Assembly: GCA_002280315.1 (NCBI GenBank)
Contig: NCDS01000029.1
Location: 1 to 38,716 of the forward strand
DNA: 38,716 bases
Direction: 5' to 3'
Source: Rhodobacterales bacterium 32-66-7
GTDB lineage: Bacteria; Pseudomonadota; Alphaproteobacteria; Rhodobacterales; Rhodobacteraceae
The notes under the pieces are model-generated. The model had not been told where the DNA came from. It did not search any database and was given only the letters and a program-made list of their open reading frames with translations. Position numbers and translations under genes: made by a program. Shown in pieces: positions 18,798 through 30,010 of this stretch; within the stretch, counting starts at the first letter, position 1, and the number at the start of each line of letters is the position of its first letter.

Positions 18798-19857
18798 ATG
18801 GCACGGTTGAACTGGGGCATGATCGGCGGGGGTGAGGGCAGCCAGGCCCGACGTGGGGCGAGACTATGCCCAGCGGCTGGGCGTCGCCCCGGACCGCGCC
18901 TATGGCGACTGGCAAGAGATGCTGGCGGGCGAGCGGAACCGCCCGGACCGCGTAGACCTTGTGACCGTGGCCACGCCCAATGCGACCCATTTCGAGATCA
19001 CCAAGGCCTTCCTTGAGGCCGGGTTCAACGTCCTTTGCGAAAAGCCGATGACCGTGACGGTCGAAGAGGGTGAGGAAATCGTCCGCATCGCCGCAAAGAC
19101 CGGGAAGATCTGCGCGGTGAACTACTGCTATTCGGCCTATCCGATGATCCGCCAGGCCCGGGCGATGGTCAGGAACGGCGATATCGGCAAGGTCCGGCTG
19201 GTGGTCACCAACTTCAGCCACGGCCACCACGGCGATGCAACGGATGCCGACAACCCCCGCGTCCGCTGGCGCTATGACCCGGCGATGGCGGGCGTCTCGG
19301 GCCAGTTCGCCGATTGCGGCATCCACGCTCTGCACATGGCGAGCTTCATCTGTGACGACGAGGTCGAGAGGCTGAGCGCCGACTTCGCCTCAACCATCCC
19401 GTCCCGGCTGTTGGAGGATGACGCGATGGTCAACTTCCGGATGGCCAAGGGCACGGTCGGCAGGCTTTGGACCTCCTCGGTCGCCATCGGGCGGCAGCAC
19501 GGGTTCGATATCCAGGTGTTCGGCGAAACGGGGGGCTTTCGCTGGGCCTCGGAACAGCCGAACCAGTTGATCTACACGCCGGTGGGCCGGCGGACCCAGA
19601 TCATGGAAAAGGGTGAGGGCGGGCTTTACGATGACGCCAAGCGGCTGTCCCGTGTGGCCATTGCGCATCCCGAAGGCTTTCCGCTGGCGGTGGCCAACAT
19701 CTACTGCGACCTTGCCGATGCCATTCGCGGCACGGCGCGGGACGGGCTGCCCACCGCCGCCGCCGGGGTGCGGTCGATGGCAGCGGTGCATGCGGCGGTC
19801 GCCTCGGCCAAGGCAGGGGGCGGCTGGACGGACGCCCGGCCGCCCATGTTCCGCTAA
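18798..19857 (+). pseudogene. Gfo/Idh/MocA oxidoreductase with a deletion/frameshift near 18845
   Basis: MARLNWGMIGGGEGSQ in one frame; RPDVGRDY...VATPNATH...CEKPMT...HPEG in another. The usual IGxxHR...AGALD segment is missing. Confidence 0.85.
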
Positions 19858-19876
19858 AGCGGTAAGGCAGGGATCG

Positions 19877-20905
19877 TCACGGAATTCCTGCCGTGTCCGG
19901 TGCGTTGGCGGCGGGTGGTCGCAAACTGTGCCGCTCGATCAGGTGGCAGGGAAAGAGCCGCACCTCCGGCACCCGGTCGGGCGTCTGGATCGTCGCCACC
20001 ACGAGGTCGATGGCGGTATCGATGATCTCGGCCAGCGGCTGGCGGATCGTGGTCAGCCCGATAAGCTGCCAGCGCGCCATTTCCATGTCGTTCAGCCCGA
20101 TCAGCCCGATATCGCCGGGCACGGACAGGCCTGCCGCCTCGATCGCGCTTAGGGCACCGATCGCAAGGAGGTCATCGCCGCAGAAATACGCCTCGGCCGG
20201 GGGGCCTGACAGCAGGCGCTGCATTTCCGCCCGCCCGGCGTCGAATGTATAGTCGGTGGCGTAGCTTGTGCTGACCGTGACCGCCCCATGGTCGGCAAGT
20301 GTTTCCAGAAAGCCCGCCGCCCGGTCCTGGGTGGAGGTGGCGGCGGCAGGCCCCCCCAGAAACGCCACCCTTTCATAGCCGCGCTGCAACAGCGTCAGCG
20401 CGGCCATCCGCCCGCAGGCCTTGTTGTCGATGCTGACCACCGGAACATCGGGCGCAGTCAGGGCGCGGCCGAAGGCGTGGACCACCGGCAGCCCTGCGGT
20501 CTTGAACGCCTGCGCAAAGCTGAGCGGCAGGGTAGACGAGGCGACGATCACCCCATCCACCGAATACTGCCGCAGCATCCGCACGGTCGCCGCCGGATCG
20601 CTGGCCCCGGAAAGATTGACCAGAAGCGGTCGCAACCCCCGCGCCTGCAGGCCTGCGGTGAAAAGATCGAACACCTCAAGGATCAGCGGGTTGTGAAAGT
20701 TGTTGGCGATCAGCCCGATCAGCCTCGTACTTCCCGTGGTCAGGCTGGAGGCAAGCGCGTTCGGGGCATAGCCAAGCTCGGCCGCGGCCAGTTCGACCTT
20801 GGCCCGGGTCTTGGCCGAGACCGAGGCACCCACGGTGAAACTGCGCGACACCGCCGAGGTCGACACCCCGGCCCGTGCAGCCACCTCTTTCAGCGTCACC
20901 ACCAT
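19877..20905 (-). CDS. LacI family transcriptional regulator
   Basis: MVVTLKEVAARAGVSTSAVSRSF HTH, LGYAPNALASSL hinge, LTTIRQP. Confidence 0.95.
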   Translation of the reverse strand: MVVTLKEVAARAGVSTSAVSRSFTVGASVSAKTRAKVELAAAELGYAPNALASSLTTGSTRLIGLIANNFHNPLILEVFDLFTAGLQARGLRPLLVNLSGASDPAATVRMLRQYSVDGVIVASSTLPLSFAQAFKTAGLPVVHAFGRALTAPDVPVVSIDNKACGRMAALTLLQRGYERVAFLGGPAAATSTQDRAAGFLETLADHGAVTVSTSYATDYTFDAGRAEMQRLLSGPPAEAYFCGDDLLAIGALSAIEAAGLSVPGDIGLIGLNDMEMARWQLIGLTTIRQPLAEIIDTAIDLVVATIQTPDRVPEVRLFPCHLIERHSLRPPAANAPDTAGIP

Positions 20906-21008
20906 CGCGCGCCCATGTCCGTTTCCGGTTGGGGATCGTCGGCTGAAGCCCGGACAGATGCAAGGCCTTGGCACTGGCAGGACTGGACTTGGGCCGGTGG
21001 TGGCGGCC

Positions 21009-21782
21009 TCAGCCGGCCAGAACCGCCAGTTCTTCGATCAGCGCGGTGATGCTGGCCGGGTCAAACGGCACCGGCACCGGGATCGCCGGATCGGGCAGGT
21101 CGATCATGACATTGTCGACGAGCGCCCCCAGATCCTGCGCCCCGGTGATCAGCGCCGGGTCCGGCGTCCGGCCCAGAAGCGTCGAATCCTTGCCGCGCGC
21201 AAAAAGGTCGATCTGGTCGCGCGCCACCATCACGATCCCCCAGGCGTCCTGGAAATCCGCAACCTCGGTCAGACCATCGGGGTTGAAGAGGGCTGCCGCC
21301 GCAACCAGCTGCGCCTCGATCGACTGGATCTTCTGCTGCGCGGTCGGGCGGACCTTGAGCCGCGCCTTGGAAAGCTCGCGCAGCGCCTGCTTCACCGCCG
21401 CCTTCACCGCGTCATCGCCGCTTGCGGCTTCGAGATCGGCGAAGCGGGCTTCGAAATCGACCAGCCCAAGGGAGTGCAGCGTCTCGGCAATCACGGGGAT
21501 CGTCTCGGCGCGCGGGGCGGCGAAATGCACGACCGCCTTGTCGTCCGCCCCGTCATGAACAAAAAGCACGCCCAGCTTGACGTCGGCTTCGATCCTGGCA
21601 AGCGCGGTCAGGAACGCCACCTTGTCGAGGGTCGGGGCCGGGGTCGAAGCCGGTGCCTCCACAAGGACGGTCTGCGGCGGTTGCAACGCCTCGGTATCCA
21701 GCGCCTGCGCCTTGGCAGGGCCGGCAACGCCAGGGCTGATCGCCAGGGCGAGCAGGGCGGACAGGAAGAAAGCTTGGGTCAT
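21009..21782 (-). CDS. Secreted helical hypothetical protein (paralog A)
   Basis: Signal peptide ending AKA; collinear similarity to 22018-22761. Start is ATG 21782. Confidence 0.8.
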   Translation of the reverse strand: MTQAFFLSALLALAISPGVAGPAKAQALDTEALQPPQTVLVEAPASTPAPTLDKVAFLTALARIEADVKLGVLFVHDGADDKAVVHFAAPRAETIPVIAETLHSLGLVDFEARFADLEAASGDDAVKAAVKQALRELSKARLKVRPTAQQKIQSIEAQLVAAAALFNPDGLTEVADFQDAWGIVMVARDQIDLFARGKDSTLLGRTPDPALITGAQDLGALVDNVMIDLPDPAIPVPVPFDPASITALIEELAVLAG

Positions 21783-22017
21783 GGTCTGGCTCGGGTCAGG
21801 GGCAGCCCAGCGGCGGCGCATCGGGTTTCGGCGAAAGGAAAGGATGCGTGCGCAATGAGGCCCGCGTGATTCCCGCCCGCTTCGGTCAGGGCCGCAGATG
21901 GCGGGCCATATGTTACAGCCATGTGTCGAACCCAAGGCAGTTTGGCTATATCTTCAATAGGGTGGCGCAAGGCCGGTCCCGCAGCGGTGCGGGACCAGCG
22001 CCAAGGCTTGCCTGCCG

Positions 22018-22761
22018 TTACCCGGCGAGCACGGCCATCTGCATGATCGTCTGCTGGATCAGCGACGGATCAAACGCCACCGGCCCGGATGCGTTCGGGT
22101 CGGGCATGGAGAGGATGATGTCGTCCATCGTCTTGGCCATCCGTTTCGCCGCATTGGCGATCACCGGGTCCGCGTCGCGGCCCAGAAGGTCGATATCGCC
22201 CCGCGCGACCAGAAGCATCGCCCAGGCCTGCTGATAGCGGGCAAGTTCGGTCGGGCCGGTGGGATTGATCTCGCTCGCCACCAGCCGCACCTGCGCCACG
22301 ATCGACCGCAGCCGCTCCTGCCCGGTGGGTTGCAGCACCGACCGCGCCATCATGATGGCCCCGACGGCGTCCTTGTAGGCCGCGTCGACCGCGGCGCTGT
22401 CGGCGGCGGCTTCAAGTGCCAGCAGCAAGGGTTCCAGATCGGCCACCCCGGCCTTGATGAGCGAGTCCCGGATCGCGGGCAGCGTCTCGGCGCGGGGGCG
22501 GCTGAAGTGCGACCCCTCGGCGCTGGTCAGGCCGTCGGACAGGAACAAGAGCCCGAGTTGCAGATCGCTTTCGATCTTGGCGAGGCCGGTCAGCAGAAGC
22601 ACGGTGTCGAGGTTGCGCACCTCGCCCTCGACCAGATCGGGTCCGGGAGGCACCAGCGCCTCGGTATGAAGCATCTGCGCCGAGGCGGGTCCCGCAAGCG
22701 CAAGCGCCCCCGCAAAAGCCGTCGCAAAACCTGCCGCAACGAACGATGAAACCGGTGTCAT
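22018..22761 (-). CDS. Secreted helical hypothetical protein (paralog B)
   Basis: GGAGG RBS; signal peptide ending ASA; shares TEAL, HF..PRAET, Q.AW and PDP...FDP...AVLAG with paralog A. Confidence 0.85.
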   Translation of the reverse strand: MTPVSSFVAAGFATAFAGALALAGPASAQMLHTEALVPPGPDLVEGEVRNLDTVLLLTGLAKIESDLQLGLLFLSDGLTSAEGSHFSRPRAETLPAIRDSLIKAGVADLEPLLLALEAAADSAAVDAAYKDAVGAIMMARSVLQPTGQERLRSIVAQVRLVASEINPTGPTELARYQQAWAMLLVARGDIDLLGRDADPVIANAAKRMAKTMDDIILSMPDPNASGPVAFDPSLIQQTIMQMAVLAG

Positions 22762-22992
22762 GGCGTTCCTCCAGCCCAGGGCAACCTTTCCGGCTGCGCG
22801 TTAGGTGTTCCGGCCAGTTTGCGCGGACAGTCGCGCGCCGCTTGCCCGGACGCGTTCGCAATCTGGAACATTGCGGATTATTGTGGCAGTTTTGCGGAGA
22901 ATGTTGTGCAACCCTTGGTCATCGCGGCCCGGGGGGGCACCCCTTGGCGGCTTTGCGCTGGCCCCAGCCGCCCCGATCCGGAAAGGACCGCC

Positions 22993-23877
22993 ATGCTGCC
23001 GCCCCTTGATCTTGACGTGACCCCGGTGGTCCGGGGGTTCTTTGATCCCGCCACCAACACGATCAGCTATGTGGTGCGCGACCCGGCCTCGACCGCCTGT
23101 GCGGTCATCGACCCGGTGATGGACATCGACTATGCCGCCGGGCGGATCACCTATGCCCATGCCGACGAGATCATCGCCCATGTGAAGGGTGAGGGGCTGA
23201 CCCTCGACTGGCTGATCGAGACGCATGTCCATGCCGACCACCTGTCTGCCGCGCCCTACATCCAGGGACGGCTGGGCGGAAAGATCGGCATCGGGCGGCA
23301 GATCACCGTGGTGCAGGACACCTTCGGCAAGGTCTTCAACGAAGGGACGGAGTTTCAGCGCGACGGCTCGCAGTTCGACCGGCTGTTTGACGATGGCGAC
23401 ACCTATCAGGTGGGTACGATGCGCTGCTTGGCCCTCCATACCCCCGGCCATACGCCCGCCTGCATGACGCATGTGATGGGCGACGCGGCCTTTGTCGGCG
23501 ACACGCTGTTCATGCCCGACGGCGGCTCCGCCCGGGCGGATTTTCCGGGCGGGGATGCGGGGCAGCTTTACGACAGCATCCAGCGCGTCCTGTCGCTGCC
23601 CGACCGGATGCGGCTGTTCATGTGCCACGACTATGGCCCGAACGGCCGCGAGATCCGGTGGGAGACCACGGTGGCCGAGGAAAGGGCGCAGAACATCCAC
23701 GTCGGCCACGGCCAAAGCCGGGAGGATTTCGTGGCCCTTCGCACCGCGCGAGACCGGACGCTCGGGATGCCGAAGCTGATCATCCCGGCCTTGCAGGTGA
23801 ACATGCGGGGCGGTGATCTGCCGCCAGCCGATGCGGATGGCAAGCGGTTCCTGAAGGTGCCGGTGAACGGGCTTTAG
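22993..23877 (+). CDS. MBL-fold metallo-hydrolase, persulfide dioxygenase (Blh/Sdo)-like
   Basis: FFDPATNTISYVV, ETHVHADHLSAA, HTPGHTPAC, GDTLFMPDGGSARADFPGG, CHDY; AAAGGA RBS. Confidence 0.9.
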   Translation: MLPPLDLDVTPVVRGFFDPATNTISYVVRDPASTACAVIDPVMDIDYAAGRITYAHADEIIAHVKGEGLTLDWLIETHVHADHLSAAPYIQGRLGGKIGIGRQITVVQDTFGKVFNEGTEFQRDGSQFDRLFDDGDTYQVGTMRCLALHTPGHTPACMTHVMGDAAFVGDTLFMPDGGSARADFPGGDAGQLYDSIQRVLSLPDRMRLFMCHDYGPNGREIRWETTVAEERAQNIHVGHGQSREDFVALRTARDRTLGMPKLIIPALQVNMRGGDLPPADADGKRFLKVPVNGL

Positions 23878-23907
23878 ACCCCCCGCCCCGGCATAGCGTC
23901 AAGGAAC

Positions 23908-23944
23908 TGCGTGATTATTGGGCGACCTGCACGGATTACGGGCA
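23908..23944. promoter_or_regulatory. Tandem NtrC-like binding sites upstream of ureD
   Basis: Two 17-mers, TGCGTGATTATTGGGCG and TGCACGGATTACGGGCA, 20 bp apart, resembling TGCAC-N7-GTGCA. Confidence 0.5.
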
Positions 23945-24042
23945 GCCATCGGCTATTCCATGCGCCGGACTCCGGAATCAGGACCGCCTGCCCTGCCATT
24001 CCGCCCGATAAGACGGGACGCTCGCGCTTCAAGGACGGGCAG

Positions 24043-24900
24043 ATGATCCAGGGCGCACTCCAGCACGACAAGACACAACCGGTCGCAATGCAGCGGGCGC
24101 GGGGGAGTGCGTCGCTCGCGGTCGCCCGGCTGCGCGGGCAATCCCGGCTGGTTGATCTTTACCAGTCCGGGTCGGCCAAGGTCATGCTGCCGCACAGCCA
24201 TGGCGACGCGCCTGAGGCGGTGTTTCTCAACACCTCCGGCGGGCTCACCTCGGGCGATGATCTTCAGTTCGCGATGTCGGTCGGGCCTGGTGCAGCGCTG
24301 ACCGCCACCACCCAGACCGCCGAACGCGCCTATCTTGCGACCGGTGGCCCGGCGCGGATGACGGTGCGGGCGGATGTGGCGGCAGCGGCGCGCCTTGACT
24401 GGCTGCCGCAGGAAACCATCCTGTTTCAGGGTGCGCATCTGCTGCGCGACACCCGGATCGACCTTGGCACGGGGGCAAGGCTGATCCTGGTGGAAATCGT
24501 CGTCCTTGGTCGCCGCGCGATGGGAGAGGTCGTGACCCACGCCGGCCTGACGGACCGGCGGCAAGTCACGGTCAACGGCCGTCCGCTTTGGTTCGAGGCG
24601 CAGGAATTGTCGCCAGAGACGTTTTCGCGCAGCGGCGGCGCGGCGATCCTTGGGTCAGCGCATGTCTTTGCCACGCTTGCGTTCTGCGGCCCGGGGACGG
24701 AAGCCGCCGCCGATGCCCTGCATGGCCAGCCCGTCCCGGACAGGGTCAGCGCCGCCGCCTCGGGCTGGAACGGGCGCACGCTTCTGCGCGCCACCGCGAC
24801 CGACCTTTGGGCGCTGAAACTCTACCTCGGGCAGGCGGTGGCGCGGCTGACCGGCCGGCCTTTGCCACGGGTCTGGCAATTGCAGGGGGCGCTTTCATGA
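24043..24900 (+). CDS. ureD: Urease accessory protein UreD
   Basis: [51 protein letters not shown]. Confidence 0.93.
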   Translation: MIQGALQHDKTQPVAMQRARGSASLAVARLRGQSRLVDLYQSGSAKVMLPHSHGDAPEAVFLNTSGGLTSGDDLQFAMSVGPGAALTATTQTAERAYLATGGPARMTVRADVAAAARLDWLPQETILFQGAHLLRDTRIDLGTGARLILVEIVVLGRRAMGEVVTHAGLTDRRQVTVNGRPLWFEAQELSPETFSRSGGAAILGSAHVFATLAFCGPGTEAAADALHGQPVPDRVSAAASGWNGRTLLRATATDLWALKLYLGQAVARLTGRPLPRVWQLQGALS

Positions 24901-25199
24901 ACCTGACCCCGCGCGAAAAGGAAAAGCTGCTCATCAGCCTTGCCGCAATGGTGGCGCGCAACCGGCTGGCGCGCGGCGTCAAGCTCAACCACCCCGAAGC
25001 GATTGCCCTGATCAGCGATTTCGTGGTCGAGGGTGCCCGCGATGGCCGGTCCGTGGCTGACCTGATGCAGGCGGGCGCGCATGTCATCACCCACGACCAA
25101 TGCATGCAAGGCGTGCCCGAGATGATCCATTCGGTGCAGGTCGAAGCGACGTTCCCGGACGGCACCAAGCTGGTCACCGTCCACCACCCGATCCGATAG
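24897..25199 (+). CDS. ureA: Urease gamma subunit
   Basis: [12 protein letters not shown]...KLNHPEA...[21 protein letters not shown], 100 aa. Confidence 0.97.
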   Translation: MNLTPREKEKLLISLAAMVARNRLARGVKLNHPEAIALISDFVVEGARDGRSVADLMQAGAHVITHDQCMQGVPEMIHSVQVEATFPDGTKLVTVHHPIR

Positions 25200-25209
25200 G
25201 AGGCCCCTG

Positions 25210-25380
25210 ATGCTGCGCATTGCCCTGCCGATCCTGCCCTTGCTCGTCACCCCTGCTTTCGCGCATGACGGCCTGCACTTCCACCCGCACGGGGTGGAGT
25301 TTGGCTGGTTGACGGCAGCCCTCGTCACCTCGGTCGTCTGGGGCGGGGTGGTCTATGCCGTGATCCGGCGGCGCAAATGA
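25210..25380 (+). CDS. 56-aa His-rich membrane micro-protein
   Basis: GGAGG RBS; [18 protein letters not shown]|[16 protein letters not shown]; its stop overlaps the ureB ATG. Below the ORF-track length cutoff. Confidence 0.8.
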   Translation: MLRIALPILPLLVTPAFAHDGLHFHPHGVEFGWLTAALVTSVVWGGVVYAVIRRRK

Positions 25381-25682
25381 TCCCTGGTGAAATCTTTCCC
25401 GCCCCCGGCCAACTTGCGCTGAACGAAGGGGCCGAGATCACCGGCCTGCGCGTCGCCAACACCGGTGACCGGCCGATCCAGGTCGGCAGCCACTACCATT
25501 TTGCCGAGACCAATCCAGCCCTCGCCTTCGACCGCTTCGCCGCCGATGGCATGCGGCTCAACATCCCGTCGGGCACCGCGATGCGGTTCGAGCCTGGCCA
25601 GACGCGCGAGGTCTGGCTGGTGCCGTTCTCGGGTGCGCGGGTGGTCTATGGCTTCAACGGGCGTGTCATGGGGCCGCTATAA
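25377..25682 (+). CDS. ureB: Urease beta subunit
   Basis: [32 protein letters not shown]. Confidence 0.96.
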   Translation: MIPGEIFPAPGQLALNEGAEITGLRVANTGDRPIQVGSHYHFAETNPALAFDRFAADGMRLNIPSGTAMRFEPGQTREVWLVPFSGARVVYGFNGRVMGPL

Positions 25683-25698
25683 CGGGAGGGCTTAGCGG

Positions 25699-27246
<1,548 letters not shown>

Positions 27247-27254
27247 GGGCGGCT

Positions 27255-28019
27255 ATGGCGACGATTACCGAAGATCAGGTCAGGCAGTGCTACGACGCCG
27301 CGCGCCTGTCCCTTGACGGGGGCTATAGTCCCGCCGAAGCGGTCCAAAGCGTGGTTGCCGCAACCGGCATGAACCCGGCGAGTGCCGCCGATTATGTGGC
27401 CAACATCCGGCTGATGATCCAGCCCACCGGGCGGGTCTATGCCCGCACGATGAAGATTGCCGAGACCGAGCGTATCCTGCGCTGGATCGCCCGTGACTTC
27501 AGTGCCGAAACCGCCCGCGCCGCCGCGCGCGAGGTGCTGCGCCACATCGATTACTATGCCCGGCTGCCGACCGGTGGCAGCCAGCCGACCCTGCGCGGGG
27601 CGGTGGAGCGTTTCCTTGCCGGGCTTGCCCTTGCCACCCTGGCCTCGCTTGCCGCGCAAGAGGCTCGGGCCGTTGACCTTGCCCTTGCGACTCCGGCCGC
27701 AGAGCGGCAGTCGCGGCTGGCGGCGGCAGACCCGAAACCCCGCCTCGCGACGGTTTCGGTGCAGCTCTACCTCCGCAATCCCGATGTCGTTGCCGAAACG
27801 CTTGACCGCGCCGGGGGGGTCTGTGCCGGTTGCCAGACCCCCGCGCCCTTCGCCCGGCTGACCGATGGCTCCCCCTATCTTGAGGTGCATCACCGCATTC
27901 CCCTTGCCGAGGGTGGTCCCGACACCGTTGCCAACGCCATGGCCCTTTGCCCCAACTGCCACCGTGAGGCGCATTTCGGGCAGATGAAGTCTCGCTTTCT
28001 GGCCGCATTCCCGGAGTAA
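27255..28019 (+). CDS. McrA-like HNH endonuclease
   Basis: YLRNPDVVAETLDRAGGVCAGC...PYLEVHHRIPLAEGGPDTVANAMALCPNCHREAH (zinc-binding CxxC...CxxC HNH); helical N-terminal domain. Confidence 0.9.
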   Translation: MATITEDQVRQCYDAARLSLDGGYSPAEAVQSVVAATGMNPASAADYVANIRLMIQPTGRVYARTMKIAETERILRWIARDFSAETARAAAREVLRHIDYYARLPTGGSQPTLRGAVERFLAGLALATLASLAAQEARAVDLALATPAAERQSRLAAADPKPRLATVSVQLYLRNPDVVAETLDRAGGVCAGCQTPAPFARLTDGSPYLEVHHRIPLAEGGPDTVANAMALCPNCHREAHFGQMKSRFLAAFPE

Positions 28020-28023
28020 CCCG

Positions 28024-28512
28024 ATGTTCCCGCTTCCCGCCCGCACCCTTCTTCGCCGTGGCCAGTGGCAGGGCCCGCCTGCCGCCCGCGCGGTCCTGAC
28101 CTATGATGAGCGGTTCCTTCGCCGCAAGCGCATCGAGTGTCAGGGGGGCGCGTCCCTGATGGTCGACCTGGCCGAGACCGTCAGCCTTGACGCGGGCGAT
28201 GCCCTTCAGACCGACGATGGCCGCCTGATCGAGATCGCCGCTGCCGACGAGCCGGTGGTGGAGGTGCGGGGGCAGAACCTTGCCCGCCTCGCCTGGCACA
28301 TCGGCAACCGGCACACGCCATGTCAGGTCGAAGCCGACCGGCTGATCATCCGCCAGGACCATGTGCTGGAGGCGATGTTGACCGGGCTTGGGGCCACGCT
28401 GACCCCTGTCATCACCCCGTTCCGACCCGAGGGCGGAGCTTATGGCCATGGCCGCACGCTGGGCCATGACCACGGCCCGCACGGCTTTCCCCTCGCGCAT
28501 GCGCATGGCTGA
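28024..28512 (+). CDS. ureE: Urease accessory protein UreE
   Basis: LTYDERFLRRK, LAWHIGNRHTPCQ, PFRPEGGAYGHG, His-rich tail. Confidence 0.95.
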   Translation: MFPLPARTLLRRGQWQGPPAARAVLTYDERFLRRKRIECQGGASLMVDLAETVSLDAGDALQTDDGRLIEIAAADEPVVEVRGQNLARLAWHIGNRHTPCQVEADRLIIRQDHVLEAMLTGLGATLTPVITPFRPEGGAYGHGRTLGHDHGPHGFPLAHAHG

Positions 28513-29326
28513 GCCAACCACGGCACGAGCGGTATCGGCCGCAAGCGCCTCCCCTCCCCCTGGTGGGGAGGGGTTGGGGGTGGGGGGCCCCCGGCCGAAA
28601 CGCCAGGCGCTCATTCTTCAGCCATCCCCCCCACCCCATCCCTCCCCCACAGAGGGGGGAGGGGGGCGCAGGTCCTTTGGGGGCGGTGATGCGACGGGCG
28701 AAGTGTCTGACCAGCTGCATGTCCCGGCGCTCGACCGGCTGCGCCTGACGCAGATCCTTTCACCCGCCTTTCCCATCGGGGCCTTTGCGCATAGCCAGGG
28801 GCTGGAATGGGCCATCGCGAGCGGGAGGATCCGCAACGAGGCCGACCTCCAGCACTGGATTGCGGCCATCATCATCGATGGTTCAGGCAAGTCCGATGCT
28901 ATCTTCGTCTCGCTTGCCCGGCGCGACGGGGCGGACCTTTCCGCCCTGGTCCAGCTTTACGACGCCTACCTGCCCGCCGCCGGACGGGGGGTGGAGGCGG
29001 CAGAGCTTGGCCGTGGTTTTCAGACCCTGACCGACCCGACAGCGACCCCCCTGCCCTACGTCCTGGCGCTTGGCCGTGAAACCGCTTGCCTTGCCGTGCC
29101 GGAGGCCGAGGTGCTCGCCCTCTTCCTGCAAGCCCTTGCCGCCCAGCTGATCTCTGTCGCCGTCCGCTTCCTGCCGCTGGGCCAGACCGCCGGGCAGCGG
29201 GTGCTGGCGGCCCTTGCGCCGGTGATCGCCGATACCGCTTGCCGCTGCAGCGGGGCGGGGACCGAGGGTGCCGACATCGCCGCGATGGCGCATGCCACCA
29301 TGGAAACCAGGATCTTTCGCACATGA
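28505..29326 (+). CDS. ureF: Urease accessory protein UreF (ATG 28505 with a repeat-derived N-extension, or GTG 28703)
   Basis: [41 protein letters not shown]; ATG overlaps the ureE stop. Confidence 0.9.
   Translation: MAEPTTARAVSAASASPPPGGEGLGVGGPRPKRQALILQPSPPPHPSPTEGGGGRRSFGGGDATGEVSDQLHVPALDRLRLTQILSPAFPIGAFAHSQGLEWAIASGRIRNEADLQHWIAAIIIDGSGKSDAIFVSLARRDGADLSALVQLYDAYLPAAGRGVEAAELGRGFQTLTDPTATPLPYVLALGRETACLAVPEAEVLALFLQALAAQLISVAVRFLPLGQTAGQRVLAALAPVIADTACRCSGAGTEGADIAAMAHATMETRIFRT
28551..28666. repeat. G/C-tract inverted-repeat element (alphaproteobacterial REP/MITE-like)
   Basis: Arm 1 (28551-28587, CCCCTCCCCCTGGTGGGGAGGGGTTGGGGGTGGGGGG) and arm 2 (28626-28666) are near reverse complements, and each arm has an internal hairpin. 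Confidence 0.8.
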
Positions 29327-29985
29327 CCACATCGCCACACGGACCCCTGCGCGTCGGCATCGGTGGCCCGGTCGGGGCGGGGAAGACCACCCTGACCGCG
29401 GCCCTCGCCCGTGCGCTGACGCCGCAACTGTCGATGGCGGTGATCACCAACGACATCTACACCCGTGAGGATGCGGAATACCTGATGCGCGCGCAGGTCC
29501 TGCCCTTGGACCGCATCAGGGGCGTGGAAACCGGTGGTTGCCCGCATACCGCGATCCGCGAGGATGCCTCGATCAACCTGGCCGCGATTGCCGACCTGTC
29601 AGCGGTCCATCCCGACCTTGACCTGATCCTGATCGAATCCGGCGGCGACAATCTGGCGGCGACCTTCTCGCCCGAACTGGCGGATGTGACGATCTATGTG
29701 ATCGACACCGCCGCCGGGCAGGACATTCCAAGAAAGAAGGGGCCGGGGCTGACCCGCTCGGACCTGCTGGTCGTGAACAAGATCGACCTTGCGCCCTATG
29801 TCGGCGTCGATCTCGACCTGCTGCGCGAGGATGCCGCCCGGGCGCGCGGGGATCGTCCCTTTGTGATGGCCAGCATCGGCAAGGGCGTGGGGGTGGCCGA
29901 GATCATCGCGCATCTGGTGCATATCGGCGGGCTGCCCTTGCGCAACCCTTCGGCATTGCAGGGGCTGGTTGCGGTTGGTACCTAG
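29323..29985 (+). CDS. ureG: Urease accessory GTPase UreG
   Basis: [47 protein letters not shown]. Confidence 0.97.
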   Translation: MTTSPHGPLRVGIGGPVGAGKTTLTAALARALTPQLSMAVITNDIYTREDAEYLMRAQVLPLDRIRGVETGGCPHTAIREDASINLAAIADLSAVHPDLDLILIESGGDNLAATFSPELADVTIYVIDTAAGQDIPRKKGPGLTRSDLLVVNKIDLAPYVGVDLDLLREDAARARGDRPFVMASIGKGVGVAEIIAHLVHIGGLPLRNPSALQGLVAVGT

Positions 29986-30010
29986 GGGTGACCAACCCGA
30001 AAGGCCAGCC

